Positions 39,901 through 51,796 of a DNA stretch of 64,000 bases are shown here, in pieces (positions within the stretch are counted from its first letter, which is position 1; each line of letters starts with the position of its first letter). Source of the DNA: Paraspadella gotoi (lineage: Eukaryota > Animalia > Chaetognatha). The stretch covers positions 23,231,497-23,295,496 of the forward strand of contig CM119269.1 in NCBI GenBank assembly GCA_051294375.1, in the 5' to 3' direction. The position numbers and the translations under genes were made by a program. The notes under the pieces were generated by a model, which saw nothing but the letters and a program-made list of their open reading frames with translations, had not been told where the DNA came from and searched no databases.

Positions 39901-42900
39901 AGTCCTGTGGTTCAACAGCCAGGACGTTCCACATGTTTGCTGAGGGCGTAATGAGGAATTACGGATAGTTGGTCCAATCGGTTCTGGTTTCTTACGTGCG
40001 GCCTTGCCCTGCGAGCAGGGCCACCTTAGGCGCCTTATCGCAGCAGGTATGCTAGATCGTATGGATGATACGTTTACCTCTGGTAGTCTGCCGCTTACTT
40101 GAGTGTCGCGGCAGTGTCCCACGTTTCACAATCTGGGTTATGTTTACTAAGATCACCAGCCTAGATTCGTTTTCTGACTGCGAACTTTTGGATCAACAGC
40201 CCTTTTTGCTTTTTAAAACCTAAGATTCCGTCTTTTATTCTGCATACTCGTGCATACCGGTGCGCACGTGAGTCTCTACTTTAAGGCTTTTCTTCTGGTA
40301 CGAAGAGTACAGTCGTATAACTTTTTCGTTGTTAGCACGCGTTCCTCTGTCTCAAGCTGTCCCTTTCTTCAATTGCGCCTTATTTCCAGAGAAAGTTAAA
40401 GAATTAGATTGAAATTAAAGAAGTTATTTGTGATAAGGGTTAGAGGTTAAGAAGTTAGGTTATAAATTACTCTTAATACTAATTAAAAGTATTGCTAGTA
40501 AACCGCTACGAAATATGTATGTAAAATGAGATTGAAGATCAATATTAAAAATTAAAGCACACATTTGTAATATCCCGGGTGCTGCCGGGTGCGGCGGGGG
40601 CTGGGTCTGGTGCTTGTATTGTTGTATACAAGGGTAAAATGTAAAAATGTAAAAAAATGTAGAAAAGGAGACAAGGAAATGACAATCCAATAAGGAAAAA
40701 GTCTACAGCAATGTTTTGNNNNNNNNNNNNNNNNNNNNNNNNNGAGAGAGAGAGAGAAAGAGAGATAGAGAGAGAGAGAGAGTGACGTCACTGTGTGTCT
40801 TCAATTCAGTACGCGCCATATAACATCTCGGATTCCGCCTACCAACAAGTAAATCTTACAAACGCCATTCGACATACGATGCCATACAACATGTGGCAAA
40901 CAAAAGATGCCAGCGAACCTTTCATCGTATTTTTAACCTTTTTTAAAAAATTTAGATAATTCAACTAAATAAAAATATTCTTTAAACAATATCTTTCTAA
41001 AATATTTTAACAACAGAAGAAAAAGAGAATGAATTTGTTATTGAACTCAATGTTGCGTGAACAATTTATCTCTCTCTCTCTTTCTCACTCACTCTCTCTC
41101 TCTCTCTCTNNNNNNNNNNNNNNNNNNNNNNNNNNNNNNNNNNNNNNNNNNNNNNNNNNNNNNNNNNNNNNNNNNNNNNNNNNNNNNNNNNNNNNNNNNN
41201 NNNNNNNNNNNNNNNNNNNNNNNNNNNNNNNNNNNNNNNNNNNNNNNNNNNNNNNNNNNNNNNNNNNNNNNNNNNNNNNNNNNNNNNNNNNNNNNNNNNN
41301 TCTCTCTCTCTTTCTTTCTCTCTCTCTCTCTGTCTCTCTCATTTCAATGCAAATTACGTGAAAGAAAATTCCTGATTTCTAATAAATTATTTTTGTGTTA
41401 GTAAAATCAAAGTCGGACGACTGTGTTAAGGGGATGAATTCTTCAGGGTCATTTTTACTTTACTGCTATTATTTATTGTATGAAATTAATTAATTAAACA
41501 AACTATCTTGCCCCTGACTTTGGACAGTCTTTGGTCCTTTTAAGGTTCCGCGTACAAACGTTGCATTTAGGAAAAAAACGGACTCTTTCCACTATTGCTT
41601 CCAATGTCCATTGTTACTTACAATATGATTAAACTTTCTACCACAACACAAAATAGACCGAACGAAGGCATTGTTAAAACATCTCCACGCGTTTCTAATG
41701 ATAAAAATAGGACCATTTTGCCACTTTAGCCAAAAAAATTATGTCCATTTTTGTCCATTTTACTTACGACTTCTGAATTTGAATGCAAGGAAAGTGAGAA
41801 AAAATTTTTATCTTTTGGAAAATCCAGTTCTTTTCTTATCTTCTTTACCTCTGGTAAATTTTATTAGGCTTAAATCATTTATAGTCTTGCCTATGAATTA
41901 ATTTTAAAGTTAACAAGGTCAAAAAAGTTGCAGTTTCAGTCTTTATCATAATTTTGTTAAACAAAAATTAAAATCAAATTGGTGAAATTAAACAGAAAAT
42001 ATAGCCCTATTGAATTAAGCTTTAACACCTATAAAATTTATTCAAAAAACTTTTTCTGGTTTAGCACAAATAATTTTTAAAGACGTCTTTTATAAATTTG
42101 TGGACTTTTGTGACTTGCCATTTTATTTTTTGATAAAGCAGAAATATTTTTCAACTCATTTTCATAGTTTTAAAAGATGAGGTAACATACTGCACCTTTG
42201 ATTTATATAAAAAAAAACCGCTTCCTTTTAATCCACTAGGATAAGCATCAAGGACTTGTTTTTTCTTCAAAATCGACAGCATTTTGCGAAATTTTCCGCA
42301 AAATCTGTCGATTTACTTAAAATTTGCTAGGCAACCCAAAATTGAAAGAAAAATCATGCGCTACTTTGATTTTCTTTCTTATAATGCAATTTTAAATATT
42401 TCTTATTGATTTTGCCTCAATGTAACGTATGAGTGAGAGAAAATAGGAAAGGGGAAAACAAGAAAAGGCAGAAGGGAGAGAATGAAGAAGAGGTGAAATG
42501 GCACCAAAAAAAAGCCAGAGCAAATGCGGAGAAAAAATAATGATGTGAATACAATGTGTAAGGCTAAGAAAAGACGGGAAAAAATGGAAAGAAAAAAAAG
42601 GGAGAAAAAAGGAATGAAATGAAAATGAGGAAAAAAAAGGTGAGGAAAGTGCTATGCAGTGAACCGAAAAAGGTAGGGCGCCAAAAAAACGGTAAGTGAC
42701 AGCGTGAGAAGTAAAGGAGGAAAGAGGAAGAGGAAAATAAAGTAATGAGAAGAAAGAAGAGGCAAAGAAAAATTATCAGGAAAGCGTATCATCAAAGGAA
42801 AAAATTGATCATTATAAGTGGCGTCTTACCTTAAAATATTGTTGTGTAAGTGTAAAAGACGATGCAGGATTCTTATATAGGAATTCTCGATTCTTTAAAA

Positions 42901-43307
42901 ATATCTATCTGTACCATAAAATTCAAGGCATACTTTTTTTCTAAAATATAAGCAGTTACATAGATTAAGATTGACAAGCATGAAGAAATCATGTCTTACC
43001 GTGGTTTTTTAACTCATAGAAATTTACCTGGGAAGCTTCTAAATGATAAGAAGGAAGGATAACTTTGAGACACCCGTTTTTTTTTTTTTTTTTAAATGAA
43101 AGGAAAGCTTCGCTTAACTAACAATGAGATCAAGGAATATGCGTAATTATTGAAGGTTCAGATTTACGTTGCTCTAAAAAGACGACTTGATTGATATGCG
43201 AAACCTTAAGCCTCCATCACTTTTACAAGACAATGACATAGCAGTTCCCTGCAAGCTTTCAATCAAGACTCCCTCACAGTCTCGTTTATTCAATAATAAT
43301 AATAATG

Positions 43308-43386
<79 letters not shown>

Positions 43387-43819
43387 CCGAAAATTTCTCT
43401 GCTTTAACTAATAATATCTTTTTTATAATAGTTTTTTATTTTCTAGGCAATATTTACAAAAAGCGCCCCATTTTAATCTAAATTTAAAATTAGTTAGTTT
43501 TTTTAAGTTTAAAGATTCGATTAAAGGTTAGAGTCAAGAGTTAGTTTAGGGATTTGATTAACGATTTGGTTAAAGTTTAGTATTTGGGATAGAGATTTTG
43601 GATAGGGATTAGGTTAAGGGTTATGTTTAGGTTAAAAAGTTAGTGATTTGGATAGGGTTTAGGTTAAGGATTATGGTTAGGTTAAAAGGTTAGAGAATTG
43701 GATTATATGTTAAGGATAAGGGTGAGGAATTAGGTTATACCTTTTTTATTTTCTTTTCTTTGTTTCTGATCCCATTGGGCTGATTCAACGGTTCTCGTCC
43801 CTGGAGGCCGACGTCACAC

Positions 43820-43892
<73 letters not shown>

Positions 43893-43999
43893 ATCTCTCT
43901 CTCGATTCATTGATTTTCATCGAACCGAATTAGATTTAGTTTTACCTCAACTTGAAAAGATTTGGGATGGAACAAAGAGAACGCCCCTTTGCGAGAGAG

Positions 44000-44039
<40 letters not shown>

Positions 44040-44272
44040 GTGTGTGTGATTGCGCCTTAATTCTGTTTTTTTTTCCGCTGCCCTATATATTTTGTTATTT
44101 TGAGGTACCCTTTTTCATCATCACAATCATCATCGATCATCATCATCATCATCATCATCATATCATCATCATCATAATCAACAACATCATCATCATAATC
44201 AACAACATCATCAGCATCATTATCACCATCATCAACATTATCATCATCATCATCAACATAATCATTATCATT

Positions 44273-44313
<41 letters not shown>

Positions 44314-44441
44314 TTGCAATCCCATATGTGCTTCGGTTTCCATTAAAGTCAGTTTTCCTTTGAGATTCAGGTGCTGATGTAAATGTTAAAGTTTTTCGAT
44401 TAGTTAATGTAGAATGGAAGAGATTCACAAGTCGGTGATGC

Positions 44442-44711
44442 TGTAGTCGGGCATTGCCTAGTTTCACCCCTCTTTCAGTTGTGACCCGGTGGCTCATTGA
44501 GTAAAGCCATCAGCTCATGACCACTAGGTACTGGGTTCAATCCCAATCCGGTACCTACCCTGCGGGAAGAGTGAGGACGGCCGTAAGCCGCCTTGGGGGC
44601 GTGGCAAACCCTCAAGCCTGGTTCCAAGCCCAGGACCCGTTCCATGTTTGCTAGAGGGGGTTATAGAAATTACGGATAGTCATCTTCTGCCCACTTAGCG
44701 CCTTATCCACA
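44442..44711 (+). mobile_element. Solo LTR of tRNA-promoter/twister TRIM family
   Basis: TG..CA, TSD ATGC (44438-44441/44712-44715), A-box TGGCTCATTGAG, B-box GGTTCAATCCC, twister-like motif downstream. Confidence 0.8.
44562..44640 (+). ncRNA. Type-P5 twister-like ribozyme
   Basis: P5 GCGGG/CCCGU; GA-GGA pairs with UCC of L4 UUCCAAGC; U^AA at 44584; GCC; P3 UUGGGGG/CCCUCAA; P4 CCUGG/CCAGG. Confidence 0.75.
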
Positions 44712-45439
44712 ATGCTGATGTTGATACTGATGTTCACATCTGGTTATGTTTCTAACTCCAGCCTAGGAATTCGTGCGATTTTGGATCAACTCTTTTTTTA
44801 TTTAAAATCCTAAGATTCGTTTTTATTCTGCATACTCGTGCATACCGGTGCGCATAGTCTCTAACTTTATTTTCTTCTGGTACATCGTATAACTTTTTCG
44901 TTGTTCCACGCAGTTCCTTGTCTCAAGTGTCCCTTCTCTTCAATTGCGCCTTATTTTCCAAGAAATTAAAGATTAGATTGAAATTAAAGAGTTAGTTTGT
45001 GAATAGGGTTAGAGGTTAGAGTTAGAGTTATAAATTACTCTTAAATTACTATTAAAAGTATTGCTAGTAACCGCTACAATATGTATGTAAATGAGATTGA
45101 AGATCATATTTAAAATTAACCACACATTATGTAATATCTTGTATTGTTGTATACAAGGGTAAAATGTAAAAATGTAAAAAAAAATGTAGAAAGGAGACAA
45201 GGGAAATGACATCAATAAAAATCTACAGCAATGGTTTGATATTCTAAGAGAGACAAGAAAAAGAGAGAGAGAGAGAAANNNNNNNNNNGAGAGAGAGAGA
45301 GAGAGAGACGACCCCATCTAAAAGGCTTCCTTGTTTCTTTTTTTTTCCTTTTCTCAAAAGAGAAAAAGATTTCGTGGCGAAACTGAGATTCATGATATCA
45401 TGAGATATGAAAATGCATCTCTGTTTCTCTCTCTCTCTC

Positions 45440-45471
<32 letters not shown>

Positions 45472-45693
45472 TGTCTCTCTCTGTGTCTCTCTCTCTTTCT
45501 CTCTCTGTCTCTCTCCCTCCCTGTTCGCCCTACTTCATCGACTTGCCATACATATTTGCTTTGCTTCCTGCTTATATTTTTTTCTTTTACTTTTTTTTCT
45601 TTAGTTTCTCTTATAATTTAGTTTTTTTTCATTTTTTTATTATTATTTTGATATTTTCTTCAATAAATGTTTTTTTTCAAAAACAAATGAGTT

Positions 45694-45725
<32 letters not shown>

Positions 45726-45917
45726 GGGAGAGCGAATGCGAAACAAAGACAACGACGCCTTAAACAATTGCCTAAGTGGCTGACGTCCCTTGAATTTCTT
45801 AAAACCTTTTTTTTTTTTTAATATTTTTTTTGTCAGTTCTTACTTTGAGTCTTGTCATTATTTTGACATTGTCTTGTCATTGTCTTCTCCGGTCATTTAC
45901 GTTAGTGTCTATGTATA

Positions 45918-46475
45918 CTATCTAGGCAAAAAGTATATGACATTTTTAATAAAAGATATCTACTCGAAAACTTATTTAATTTTAAAAAAATCAGAACATT
46001 TCCGAAACTATATTGAATTTTTTTTCAGTAGCTTCCTTCTATTTTTTGTTGGTGAAATCGTTTAAAAGTTACAGGAAAAAAATATTGTTACTTCAAATAA
46101 AAAATGGTGCAAAAAAATATTTAATTTTCCACCATTTTTGGTATTTAGTTATTTATTTTTATTTTAAATAGAGTTAGTTATTTTTTTAATATTTTTTTAA
46201 TTTGGCAATGCTAAAGGCCTTGCACCTCTTTGTGGTTCAAAAAATTATTATTATAGCTCTCAGAAAAGAGGGAAAGATGCAGAATTGCGTTAAAGATGCT
46301 GAAAATCATTTCACTGTCATACCTTAATTTGCTGTATAAGAGCATACCAAGACAAAGGCAGGCAGTAGTTGATGCCGAGGAAGGGTATACCAAATATTGA
46401 GAATATCATCATGATGTTTTACCCATATTTTATATACTTTTTATTGAATATATCATATACTTTTTTCCTAGATAG
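45918..46475. mobile_element. Tc1/mariner-type MITE (copy 2)
   Basis: TA + CTATCTAGGCAAAAAGTATATGA ... TCATATACTTTTTTCCTAGATAG + TA; colinear with 27544-28123. Confidence 0.85.
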
Positions 46476-46908
46476 TATAGTATATTTGTTGACAACAAGT
46501 AGTTGAATCAATACGTCCAACATTTCATACACATACAAACAGATAATTCATAAATTATAATGTTTTACAATTTAATAAGCAAACAACTTCATCATTGTTG
46601 TGTCTAAATCTTATTAGACGATATTATTTTTAAATAATAAAACAAATTATTAATCAGTTATTTTTTTAGAAAAATACTTAGTAGAAGAAGGAGCTAATTC
46701 AAATAATAATTTGAATATTTTAAGCATCTGAATTAGTATTCGTGTAATTACAATGGCTTCCACATTTGTTTGTCTTGTAGTCATGGCTTCCACGGTTTTC
46801 TTTCTCGTTGTCATGGTTTCCACAGTTGTTTACGTCGCTAACGACTGCCATTAGTCTCGTTCTTAAATTCTCTCTTCTTTTTTTTGTGACTCAAAATTTG
46901 TTTCTCAG

Positions 46909-47555
46909 TATGGTGGACTAAAAATCCACCAACCGTTCATCAGCGGCCATTGGTGCCGGAGGCAAGTCATTCGCCTCCCAACCCAAAGGTCCGGGGTTCT
47001 AGCCCGGTGGTTAAGAGGGACGGGGCGCTTAACCCGCCTGTAACATGGTGTTACAGCCTGATCCGAAGCTCAGGGACTGCTTATATTGAACGGTTCTGTC
47101 ATTAACACTTATCAATAATTACTGTCTCTTCATTGGTGAGCCCGACTTCCGAACACAACAGCAACAACAACACTTTCAGGCGACAGGCCTCAACCTGGCA
47201 ATGCACTTTCCGCCCACAACACATCAGGCGACATGCCTCTACTTGGTGACAAACTTTCCATCAACAACAACAATTCACTGAAGAGACGCAACAGACTTCT
47301 CCCTACGGGAGGGGGGGATGTATGGTCGACTAAAAATCCACCAACCATTCATCAGCGGCCATTGGTGCCGGAGGCAAGTCATTCGCCTCCCAACCCAAAG
47401 GTCCGGGGTTCTAGCCCGGTGGTCGTCTGGCAGTTAAGAGGGACGGGGCGCTTAACCCGCCTGTAACATGGTGTTACAGCCTGATCCGAAGCTCAGGGAC
47501 TGCTTATATTGAACGGTTCTGTCATTAACACTTATCAATAATTACTGTCTCTTCA
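46909..47555 (+). mobile_element. TRIM (miniature LTR retrotransposon) A with tRNA-like promoter and twister in each LTR
   Basis: LTR1 46909-47132 (lacks initial TG, 11-nt deletion), PBS TGGTGAGCCCGAC 47134-47146, PPT GGGAGGGGGGGA, LTR2 47319-47555 (TG..CA), TSD TCAG. Confidence 0.88.
47430..47503 (+). ncRNA. Type-P5 twister-like ribozyme (LTR2 of TRIM A; partial copy 47011-47080 in LTR1)
   Basis: P5 GCAGUU/GACUGC; GA-CGG pairs with CCG of L4 UCCGAAGC; U^AA at 47453; P3 UGUAAC/GUUACA; P4 CCUGA/UCAGG. Confidence 0.78.
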
Positions 47556-47946
47556 TCAGTTTCGTTTTAGCTTTAGTTTTATTTGTTTTTTTTTGTTTTG
47601 TTTTGTTTGTTTTAGCTTTAGTTTTGTCTTTCTCGTTTTATTTTAAGTTTGATTTTAGTTTGAATGTAGTTTATATGTCAATATTAAAAAAAGGAAAATA
47701 GTATTTTAAATTAAATATATATCACTTGAGAATGATCTCATTTTGAGCATTTAACTTGTAGATCTTTTATTGTTGTATAAATATATTTTAATCTCTCTCT
47801 CTGTCTTAATCTAATCTCTTTTTAATCTCTCAGTTTTAATCTTGATTTAATCTCTCCCTATAACTTAATCTTAATCTAATCTCTCCCTTTAATTTAATCT
47901 TAATCCTATCTCTCCCTCTCTCTTAATCTTAATCTAATCTCTTGTT

Positions 47947-48013
<67 letters not shown>

Positions 48014-48407
48014 TTCATTTCAATTTGATCTCTCCAGGCCATTTAAATTATCTATCCGCCATTACGACTTTATCTCTGCCTCTCTCTTTCTTTTTCTTTT
48101 TTTTCTTTCTGTATCTTTATCTTTCTTTTTTTCTCACTCACTCCCTCTCTCTCTCTCATTCTTTCTCCTTCTCTCTCTCACTCTCTTTCTTTCTCCAAGT
48201 CCCTAACTTTATTCCCTAACCCAAACCTTAAACCTAATTTTCAACTAATAAAAAATTACTTAATTCCAAATATAAAATAGAAGAGGGCGTTTTGGGAAAA
48301 TGAGGCCAAAAATTCTTAGAGTCATACTCTTTGTGAAAGCTCACGCAACAGAGAAGGAAAACTTCTAACCCAATATTTATTCAGTTAAAATTATCAATTC
48401 AATTCTG

Positions 48408-48569
48408 TGACTCTATTGCAGAACTATATTGCAGAACTCTATTGCAGAACTCTATTGCAGAACTCTATTGCAGAACTCTATTGTAGAACTCTATTGCAGA
48501 ACTCTATTGCAGAACTCTATTGCAGAACTCTATTGCTGAACTCTATTGCAGAACTCTATTGCAGAACTC
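48408..48569. repeat. 14-bp minisatellite (AACTCTATTGCAGA), about 11 copies
   Basis: Direct tandem units visible. Confidence 0.9.
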
Positions 48570-49924
48570 TAACAAAAACTCAAATTCGATTTTTTTTTCA
48601 GATTCATACGAAATTTAAAAAAAAAATGTTTGAAAAAGTGCGGGGGGCCTTTGTTGGAAAAAACTGCCACAGGAACTAAACTGCTACTCGACAAAACCAA
48701 AAAAAAACAAAACCCAAAAAAAAAAGCTCAAAAGTGCCAAAAAACAAAACGAACATAAGAAAAACAACTACCGCTCCCTTCTCAAAAAACATTCCTAAAA
48801 TGTATAGGTAAGTGTCAATTTTATAACTTCATACAACAAATATGAAAATTATATATTCATTTAATGAATATGCAATTTTTCCCTGCTGACTTTGGAGAGG
48901 CTATAGGTTTAGGCCTCCCCCCTCTTATAAGATGATAACATAGCATATCATAGCAGGACCTTCTTGTAAGAAGATAACATAGAATATCATTGCAGGACCC
49001 TTTTCTCACAGTCTTGTTGAAGAACTGCTGGAGTAAAGAGCTTCCCTATTAATGAAGTGGTGTAATTTTTTTATAGTCTTAAAAATGTTTAAATTGACCA
49101 TAAAAGGAACATCCGTATGAGCTTCAAACAAAAAAGGACAACAAGCCTTGATAATTACTGCAAGGATTCCATCGTGATAAAAGGTCTCCCTTTGGGCCGC
49201 AGTAAGGGGCAGTGTCCATGGGAGCGACCCGAGTGAGCAGCAGTTTAAAATTCTTAAAAATTGGTCCTAAGGAAAACTTGTTTTATAGCTTTGTGGTGTT
49301 ACCCTTTCAGATATTCCCCCGGGAGCAATAAATAATTTAATTTTCATGGTTAAACCGAGTACCCTTAGGGCCCATACCTTCCCCTAGGAGTCACCCATCC
49401 AGCTGCCCCCCTCCCAGGGCGGTGCCTTTTTTGAGCGACGTTATATCTCAATTACTGAAAGCGTCTTTTGTTTTTGTCGGCAACGACGTCGTTTCCTGAA
49501 TCGGCTGCCGCCATCCTCTGACTTAATCTCGCGTTTTCTCATTTTCCAGCGAACACATTATGGCGATTTCTTGCATCATCTGTCTTATCGCTGTCGTCGT
49601 TACCACCTGGACACTGCTCATCGTTATGGAGGTCAGAGGAGAGGGTGGAAGGGGGAAAGAGGGAGGAAAGAGGGAGGAAAAAGAAAAGGAAGAAGGAAAG
49701 GAGTGAAAAGGGAAAGGGGAAAAAAAGAAAATGAGATAAAAGGAAAGTCAGGGCAAAAAAGAATGACAAAGGAAAAGGGAAAAGAGGAAGGATTAAAAGA
49801 AATGAGTTAAAAGGAAAGGGAAGGAAAAAAGTAAAAAGGGGGGAAAAAGGAAAAGGGAGAAAAAAAAGGAAAAGAAGAATAAAAGAAATAGAGAAATTGT
49901 TCAATCATTCATTCATTCGTTATT

Positions 49925-50550
49925 TCCCTCATTCATTCACTACAGGACATTTAATAATTTCCCTTTCATTCACTACAGGACATTTAATAATTTCCCTTTC
50001 ATTCACTACAGGACATTTAATAATTTCCCTTTCATTCATTACATGACATTTAATAATTTCCCTTTCATTCACTACAGGACATTTAATAATTTCCCTCATT
50101 CATTCGCTACAGGACATTTAATAATTTCCCTTTCATTTGCTACAGGACATTTAATAATTTCCCTCATTCATTCACTACAGGACATTTAATAATTTCCCTT
50201 TCATTCGCTACAGGACATTTAATAATTTCCCTTTCATTCACTACAGGACATTTAATAATTTCCCATTCATTCACTACAGAACATTTAATAATTTCCCTTT
50301 CATTCACTACAGGATATTTAATAATTTCCCTCATTCATTCGCTACAGGACATTTAATAATTTCCCTCATTCATTCGCTACAGGACATTTAATAATTTCCC
50401 TTTCATTTGCTACAGGACATTTAATAATTTCCCTTTCATTCGCTACAGGACATTTAATAATTTCCCTTTCCTTCACTACAGGACATTTAATAATTTCTCT
50501 CATTCATTCACTACAGGACATTTAATAATTTCCCTTTCATTCACTACAGG
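49925..50550. repeat. 33-35-bp minisatellite (TTCATTCACTACAGGACATTTAATAATTTCCCT), about 18 copies
   Basis: Direct tandem units visible. Confidence 0.9.
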
Positions 50551-50848
50551 TGATTCCCATCAGAAGGGCTATGACTCGGGCCTTTGAAGAAGTAAGAAAT
50601 GCACAGGAGGGAAATTCTGGAGGAGGAGGAGGAGGAGGGGGAGGAGGGATAGGATGAGGAGGAGGAGGAGGAGAAGGAGGAATAGGATGAGAGGAAGAAG
50701 AAGAAGATTAAAAGAAGGTGAGAGGCTTTCTTTTCCGAGAGTGCCCCATTTATGTTTTAATTTATTTCAGAGTTTAACTTTGACATTTAACATAAATATA
50801 TTTTTTAAACTTATAACCCAATCCTTAACCATAATTATTATAATTATT

Positions 50849-50945
50849 AAAAAATTCAACTAAATTCAGAATTTAAGAGTAGACGGGGCGTTCTAAGAAA
50901 ATAAGGCCCGTCTACTCTTAAATTCTGAATTTAGTTGAATTTTTT
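50849..50945. repeat. Perfect 39-bp inverted repeat with 19-nt spacer
   Basis: 50849-50887 is the exact reverse complement of 50907-50945. Confidence 0.9.
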
Positions 50946-51796
50946 TTTTAGTTTTGAGATTATGGTTATAAGTTAGAGTTGCGTTATAATTATGAATTAG
51001 TGTCAGAACTTAAGTTTAGGGACTGGGCGATAAGTTAGATTTTGGTTAGATAATGGTTTGATTATAGTTTAATTACTGTTCATTACCATTACATATTAAA
51101 GTTAAATTTAATTTCAGATATGGGGCGCTTTTGGGAAAGAGAGTCAACTCTTATTTGTTTTTAACAGGTGCTAAAAAATATGACCTGTTCACATTGTCGT
51201 TTTTGTAATGAATTCAACAATGACTACAAAAATAAACTACGGCCAAATTCACCAGTTTATTTGGATCACCGTGTAGCCAACGGTTAAGGTTACACTGACG
51301 TATGCAGTTTCTGCTTTTAATTGTAAGACTTTTTGTTTGAGAACTGACCCCATATCTGACCTGATCTGACCTCAGCATGATCTATGACCAGTTTGATCTG
51401 ATCTGACCTGATCTACTTTAACTAACTCTCTATCTCTCCCTCCGAGGTTCCCCACCAATATGTGTCTTGCAGTTCTTGTCTTGCAGTTCTTGGCCCGAGT
51501 TCATTGACTGTCATTAGTAGCGGACCTTAGCTTGAAGAATACTTTGTATCCAAGTTTGTGGACTCTCCTTTGACCACATTATTCTAATTTGTGGATCCAT
51601 TTGTGGATCTAATTTGTGGTCCGAACCCAACAGTTTTGAGGTCATTGAAACGATAAAACGGCATCGAGATGCAGGATTATGTATCCGAATAAAATGTACA
51701 TCAAGACTTTGTCAAATTTGGAATTTGTTTTGTTTAAGATTTTCTGCTTAAAGAAACTGATTAATATGGGAAATGGCTTATTTGTTATTTATTTAT

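Larger units (their letters stand above)
34500..45240. repeat. Large imperfect tandem duplication (34500-40718 vs 40781-45240)
   Basis: Colinear landmarks (cagtacgcgccatata; cctgatttctaataaattat; tgcatactcgtgcataccggtgcgca; tctacagcaatg) differ mostly by short indels; the junction is a 25-N gap. Confidence 0.85.

Noticed and set aside
39016-40122. Cluster of GC-rich ORFs
   Set aside because: Lies in the garbled duplicate copy; no recognisable domains.
47354-47426. tRNA-Gly(CCC) gene
   Set aside because: Anticodon stem does not pair and it is embedded in an LTR; treated as a tRNA-derived promoter.
49925-50550. Regular ~33-bp repeats as a CRISPR array
   Set aside because: No unique spacers, eukaryotic context, no cas genes; it is a minisatellite.
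49539-50617. Possible minus-strand exons after pyrimidine tracts (about 50545-50617 and 49540-49610)
   Set aside because: No consistent frame, donor or homology could be established.
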